Position numbers and translations under genes: made by a program. Under the pieces are notes generated by a model. That model ran no database searches, had not been told where the DNA came from, and saw only the letters and a list, made by a program, of their open reading frames with translations. From Anaerolineae bacterium (lineage in GTDB: Bacteria > Chloroflexota > Anaerolineae > Anaerolineales > UBA4823), in contig JBBIVW010000002.1 of assembly GCA_037439525.1 (NCBI GenBank), forward strand, positions 331,650-395,649: a stretch of DNA of 64,000 bases, given 5' to 3'. Below, piece after piece: positions 61,244-64,000 of this stretch; the first letter of the stretch is position 1, and each line of letters starts with the position of its first letter.

Positions 61244-62395
61244 ATGCGCCGATACTTGCTGAACCGCCTTGCACAAAATATATTGATTTTCTTTGCCTTC
61301 CTCACCCTGGTTTATGTCCTGGTGGACGCTCAACCTGGAAGCTATGCGGATCAATATCTGAGCGACCCTCGATTGACACCTGCGCAACGCGAAATCCTGA
61401 AAAAGAACCTCGGTTTGGACCGGCCGGTTTTAGAGCGATATTTCCTTTGGCTGAGAAATGCTTTTCGCGGCGATTTTGGCATCTCTTTTTCGAATTACCC
61501 CAGACAGGTGCTGGATGTCATTGCTGAACGCGCCCCACGCACGATCATTTTATTCTTGACCGCGACCATTTTATCTTATTATATTGGCTTTCTTACCGGC
61601 AAGATTCTGGCGTGGAAACGCGGCGGTTGGGGGGAGTATGCTGCCACGATCGGTGGGGTTGGACTATATACCGTATTTCTGCCCTGGTTTGCATTGATGA
61701 TGGTCTGGTTTTGGGCTTATACCCTCAAGGTGTTCCCCATTGGCAAATTCCTCGACCCTGTGCTCTGGAGGCAGTCACCGGTGGACGCCAATTATGTGTT
61801 TACGCGCATGTTGATTACCGCGTTCCTCAGTGCACTGATTTTGTTCATCGTTTTTATCCTTGCACGGCGGTTGAATCCAGCACAGCGTACGCCGGTGCGC
61901 CTGGTTACTTTAGCCGTAGTGCTCATCGGGATTTTTGCCTATTGGTCTTCCACAGGGGTGGGGAGGTATGCCGCCGATATTCTACACCATTTGGTGTTGC
62001 CCATTTTCACCCTGGCGACGGTAAACTTCGCTGGCACCATGCTCCTCACACGGAATAGCATGTTGGAAACCTTACGCGAAGATTACATCATGGCCGCAAA
62101 GGCAAAGGGCTTGCCGGACCAGATTGTGCGCGACAAACATGCCTCCCGCAATGCCTTGCTGCCAGTGGTCACTTCTTTCGTCCTCGCGGTAGCATTCATC
62201 CTGGATGGAGGCGTGATCACGGAGACAACCTTCTCCTGGCCTGGTATGGGGCTGACCTTGCTCAGCGCAGCACTGGTGCAGGACATTCCCATGGTGGTGG
62301 GCGCATTAGTGTTTACCGGCATCATGGCGCTTTCCGCACACCTGATCGCAGACCTTTTGTACGCATTTTTGGATCCACGCATCCGTTACGCGTAA
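61244..62395 (+). CDS. ABC transporter permease (DppB/OppB-like)
   Basis: N-terminal 'RRYLLNRLAQNILIFFAF', EAA-like 'REDYIMAAKAKGLPDQIVRDKHASRNALLPVVT'. Confidence 0.9.
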   Translation: MRRYLLNRLAQNILIFFAFLTLVYVLVDAQPGSYADQYLSDPRLTPAQREILKKNLGLDRPVLERYFLWLRNAFRGDFGISFSNYPRQVLDVIAERAPRTIILFLTATILSYYIGFLTGKILAWKRGGWGEYAATIGGVGLYTVFLPWFALMMVWFWAYTLKVFPIGKFLDPVLWRQSPVDANYVFTRMLITAFLSALILFIVFILARRLNPAQRTPVRLVTLAVVLIGIFAYWSSTGVGRYAADILHHLVLPIFTLATVNFAGTMLLTRNSMLETLREDYIMAAKAKGLPDQIVRDKHASRNALLPVVTSFVLAVAFILDGGVITETTFSWPGMGLTLLSAALVQDIPMVVGALVFTGIMALSAHLIADLLYAFLDPRIRYA

Positions 62396-62412
62396 TCCCT
62401 TTGGAGAATGGT

Positions 62413-63375
62413 ATGGCTGAATTAACTCAATCCACCCCTCCTGCCAAATCCGTCCTCGAGATTCCGCTCTGGCAGGTGCGCCTGAGATTGCTCTGGCGCA
62501 GTTTGAAGACCAACCTGGCGCTCTTTGCAGAAAACCCTATCGGTTTGGTGGGAGTGGCGATCATCGCCTTTTTCTTCATGTTTACCATCATTCATCCCAT
62601 TCTGATGAACACGGTGTGGGATAAAAACACCTATGACCCCGTGGTCGGTTATGATGCTGAGATTCCCTTTCACCCCGCCCCTCCCTCTGCGAAGCATATT
62701 CTAGGGACAGACCCTCTAGGCCGGGATGTTCTTAGCCAGTTGATGTGGAGCACGCGCTCGGAGTTTATCTTAGGCTTGGTCGCTGCCTTGGTCTCTGTGG
62801 TCATTGCCACGACCATCGGCGCGATTACCGCTTACTATGGCGGTTTTATTGATAACTTCTTCATGCGCCTGGCAGATATTGTCATCATGCTCCCGTATAT
62901 TTCGATCCTGATCGTCATGTCTGCCTTGTTTGATCTAACCCTGCCTGTTTTGGCGTTGATTCTGGGGATTCTCGGCGGCTTCGGGGGCACGACCATCATC
63001 ATCAAATCTCAAGCCCTGACCATCAAGGTGCGCACCTATATCGAAGCCGCGCGTGTCGCTGGCGGTGGTGATTTTCACATCATCTTGCGGCATATCATCC
63101 CTAATCTGATGCCGCTTTCCTTCCTGTACATGATGTTTGCGGTCAATGGAGCGATTGCCTCTGAGGCTGTGCTTTCGTTCTTCGGCTTGCTCAACATTCG
63201 TATGTCCTGGGGGTTGATGATTTACACTTCTTCATATTCGGGTTATTTGCTGGATTTTCAGAAGTGGTGGCTGATCTTTCCTGCCAGCCTTTCAATCAGT
63301 ATGTTATGCGCTGCCTTTTACTTGGTAGGTCGGGCCATGGATGAGATTATTAATCCGCGCTTGCGCAAACGATAG
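62413..63375 (+). CDS. ABC transporter permease (DppC/OppC-like)
   Basis: 'HILGTDPLGRDVLSQL', 'YIEAARVAGGGDFHIILRHIIPN'. ATG 62413 lies 6 nt after GGAG. Confidence 0.9.
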   Translation: MAELTQSTPPAKSVLEIPLWQVRLRLLWRSLKTNLALFAENPIGLVGVAIIAFFFMFTIIHPILMNTVWDKNTYDPVVGYDAEIPFHPAPPSAKHILGTDPLGRDVLSQLMWSTRSEFILGLVAALVSVVIATTIGAITAYYGGFIDNFFMRLADIVIMLPYISILIVMSALFDLTLPVLALILGILGGFGGTTIIIKSQALTIKVRTYIEAARVAGGGDFHIILRHIIPNLMPLSFLYMMFAVNGAIASEAVLSFFGLLNIRMSWGLMIYTSSYSGYLLDFQKWWLIFPASLSISMLCAAFYLVGRAMDEIINPRLRKR

Positions 63376-63384
63376 GAGCGTCCT

Positions 63385-64000
63385 GTGAGCGAAACCGTTC
63401 TAAGAGTCGACGATTTGACCATGCATTACACCACCCGTGCCGGGGAGGTCTCGGCCGTCAACAACGTGTCTTTCTCTTTGCAACGCGGGCAATCCATGGG
63501 CTTGGTAGGCGAATCGGGGTGTGGAAAGACTTCCGTCGCGTTTTCGCTTATGAAGCTCTTACCGGATAATGCACATATCAAACAGGGGCATATTTATCTG
63601 AATGGCACCGACGTTGTCTCTTTGCGTGAAGAAGATATGCGCAAACTCCGCTGGAGCAAGATTTCGATGGTCTTTCAGGCAGCCATGAATGCCTTGAACC
63701 CGGTGTATAAGGTGGGAGATCAAATTTTAGAGGCCATGGAAACGCATGGCTTGGTAGAAACGCTCCAATCGGCACGCGAACACATTGCCAGCCTGTTTGA
63801 ACTGGTGGGACTGGATCCAAAGCTGATGGATCAGTACCCTCACGAATACAGCGGTGGTATGCGGCAGCGAGCCGTAATTGCCATGGCTTTGTCTTGTAAC
63901 CCGGATATTATCATCGCTGACGAGCCAACCACCGCCCTGGACGTGATCGTGCAGGACGCGCTATTGCGCGAGATGATCGAGTTGCAGAAAAAGCTGAATA
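63385..64000 (+). CDS. ABC transporter ATP-binding protein (DppD/OppD-like), 3'-truncated by the window edge
   Basis: My own translation from GTG 63385 gives 'VSETVLRVDDLTMHY...', Walker A 'GESGCGKT', signature 'YSGGMRQR' and Walker B 'IIIADEPTTALD'. Absent from the ORF track (no stop in the window). Confidence 0.9.
   Translation, partial: MSETVLRVDDLTMHYTTRAGEVSAVNNVSFSLQRGQSMGLVGESGCGKTSVAFSLMKLLPDNAHIKQGHIYLNGTDVVSLREEDMRKLRWSKISMVFQAAMNALNPVYKVGDQILEAMETHGLVETLQSAREHIASLFELVGLDPKLMDQYPHEYSGGMRQRAVIAMALSCNPDIIIADEPTTALDVIVQDALLREMIELQKKLN

Noticed and set aside
1-64000. CRISPR arrays, rRNA genes, prophage or conjugative modules, toxin-antitoxin pairs
   Set aside because: No regularly spaced direct repeats, rRNA-like conserved stretches, or capsid, terminase, relaxase or integrase-like ORFs were seen. 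The XRE gene is paired with a membrane protein rather than a toxin-like partner.

Overview
Gene-dense chromosomal segment with about 55 protein-coding genes and 2 tRNAs on both strands. I saw no rRNA, CRISPR array, transposase or integrase. The gene content and several protein features point to a Chloroflexota (Anaerolineae-like) genome: lipobox Cys followed by Val/Glu/Thr-rich linkers, Pro/Thr-rich C-terminal tails, many GAF sensor kinases and a Firmicute-style qcrABC. This taxonomic call is inference only and is not verified. Housekeeping blocks: nth; rnhB; icd; a Rieske/cytochrome b/subunit IV-cytochrome c (qcrABC) operon divergent from sdhCDAB; xpt-guaA; maf translationally coupled to a class B PBP; rsgA; and an ECF sigma factor followed by a family-5 solute-binding protein and a peptide-type ABC transporter operon that runs off the 3' edge. 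Accessory or unusual content: a stand-alone eRF1/VLRF1-like release-factor homologue with a GGSQ loop; a minus-strand operon with rhomboid and SDH/Clp-fold proteases followed by three single-pass coiled-coil membrane proteins; two GAF proteins with acceptor-less receiver-like domains; an octahaem lipoprotein cytochrome c behind a CRP-like palindrome; an AT-richer type II restriction-modification pair; and a pseudo-PP2C/beta-propeller membrane protein convergent with a vWA-TM-FHA protein. There is also a structured xpt leader that is not a canonical purine riboswitch, and a consensus promoter with an embedded inverted repeat upstream of the ABC operon. None of these is a demonstrably new system from sequence alone. 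The release-factor homologue and the protease/coiled-coil operon are my best candidates. All family calls come from motif recognition by eye, with no searches run.
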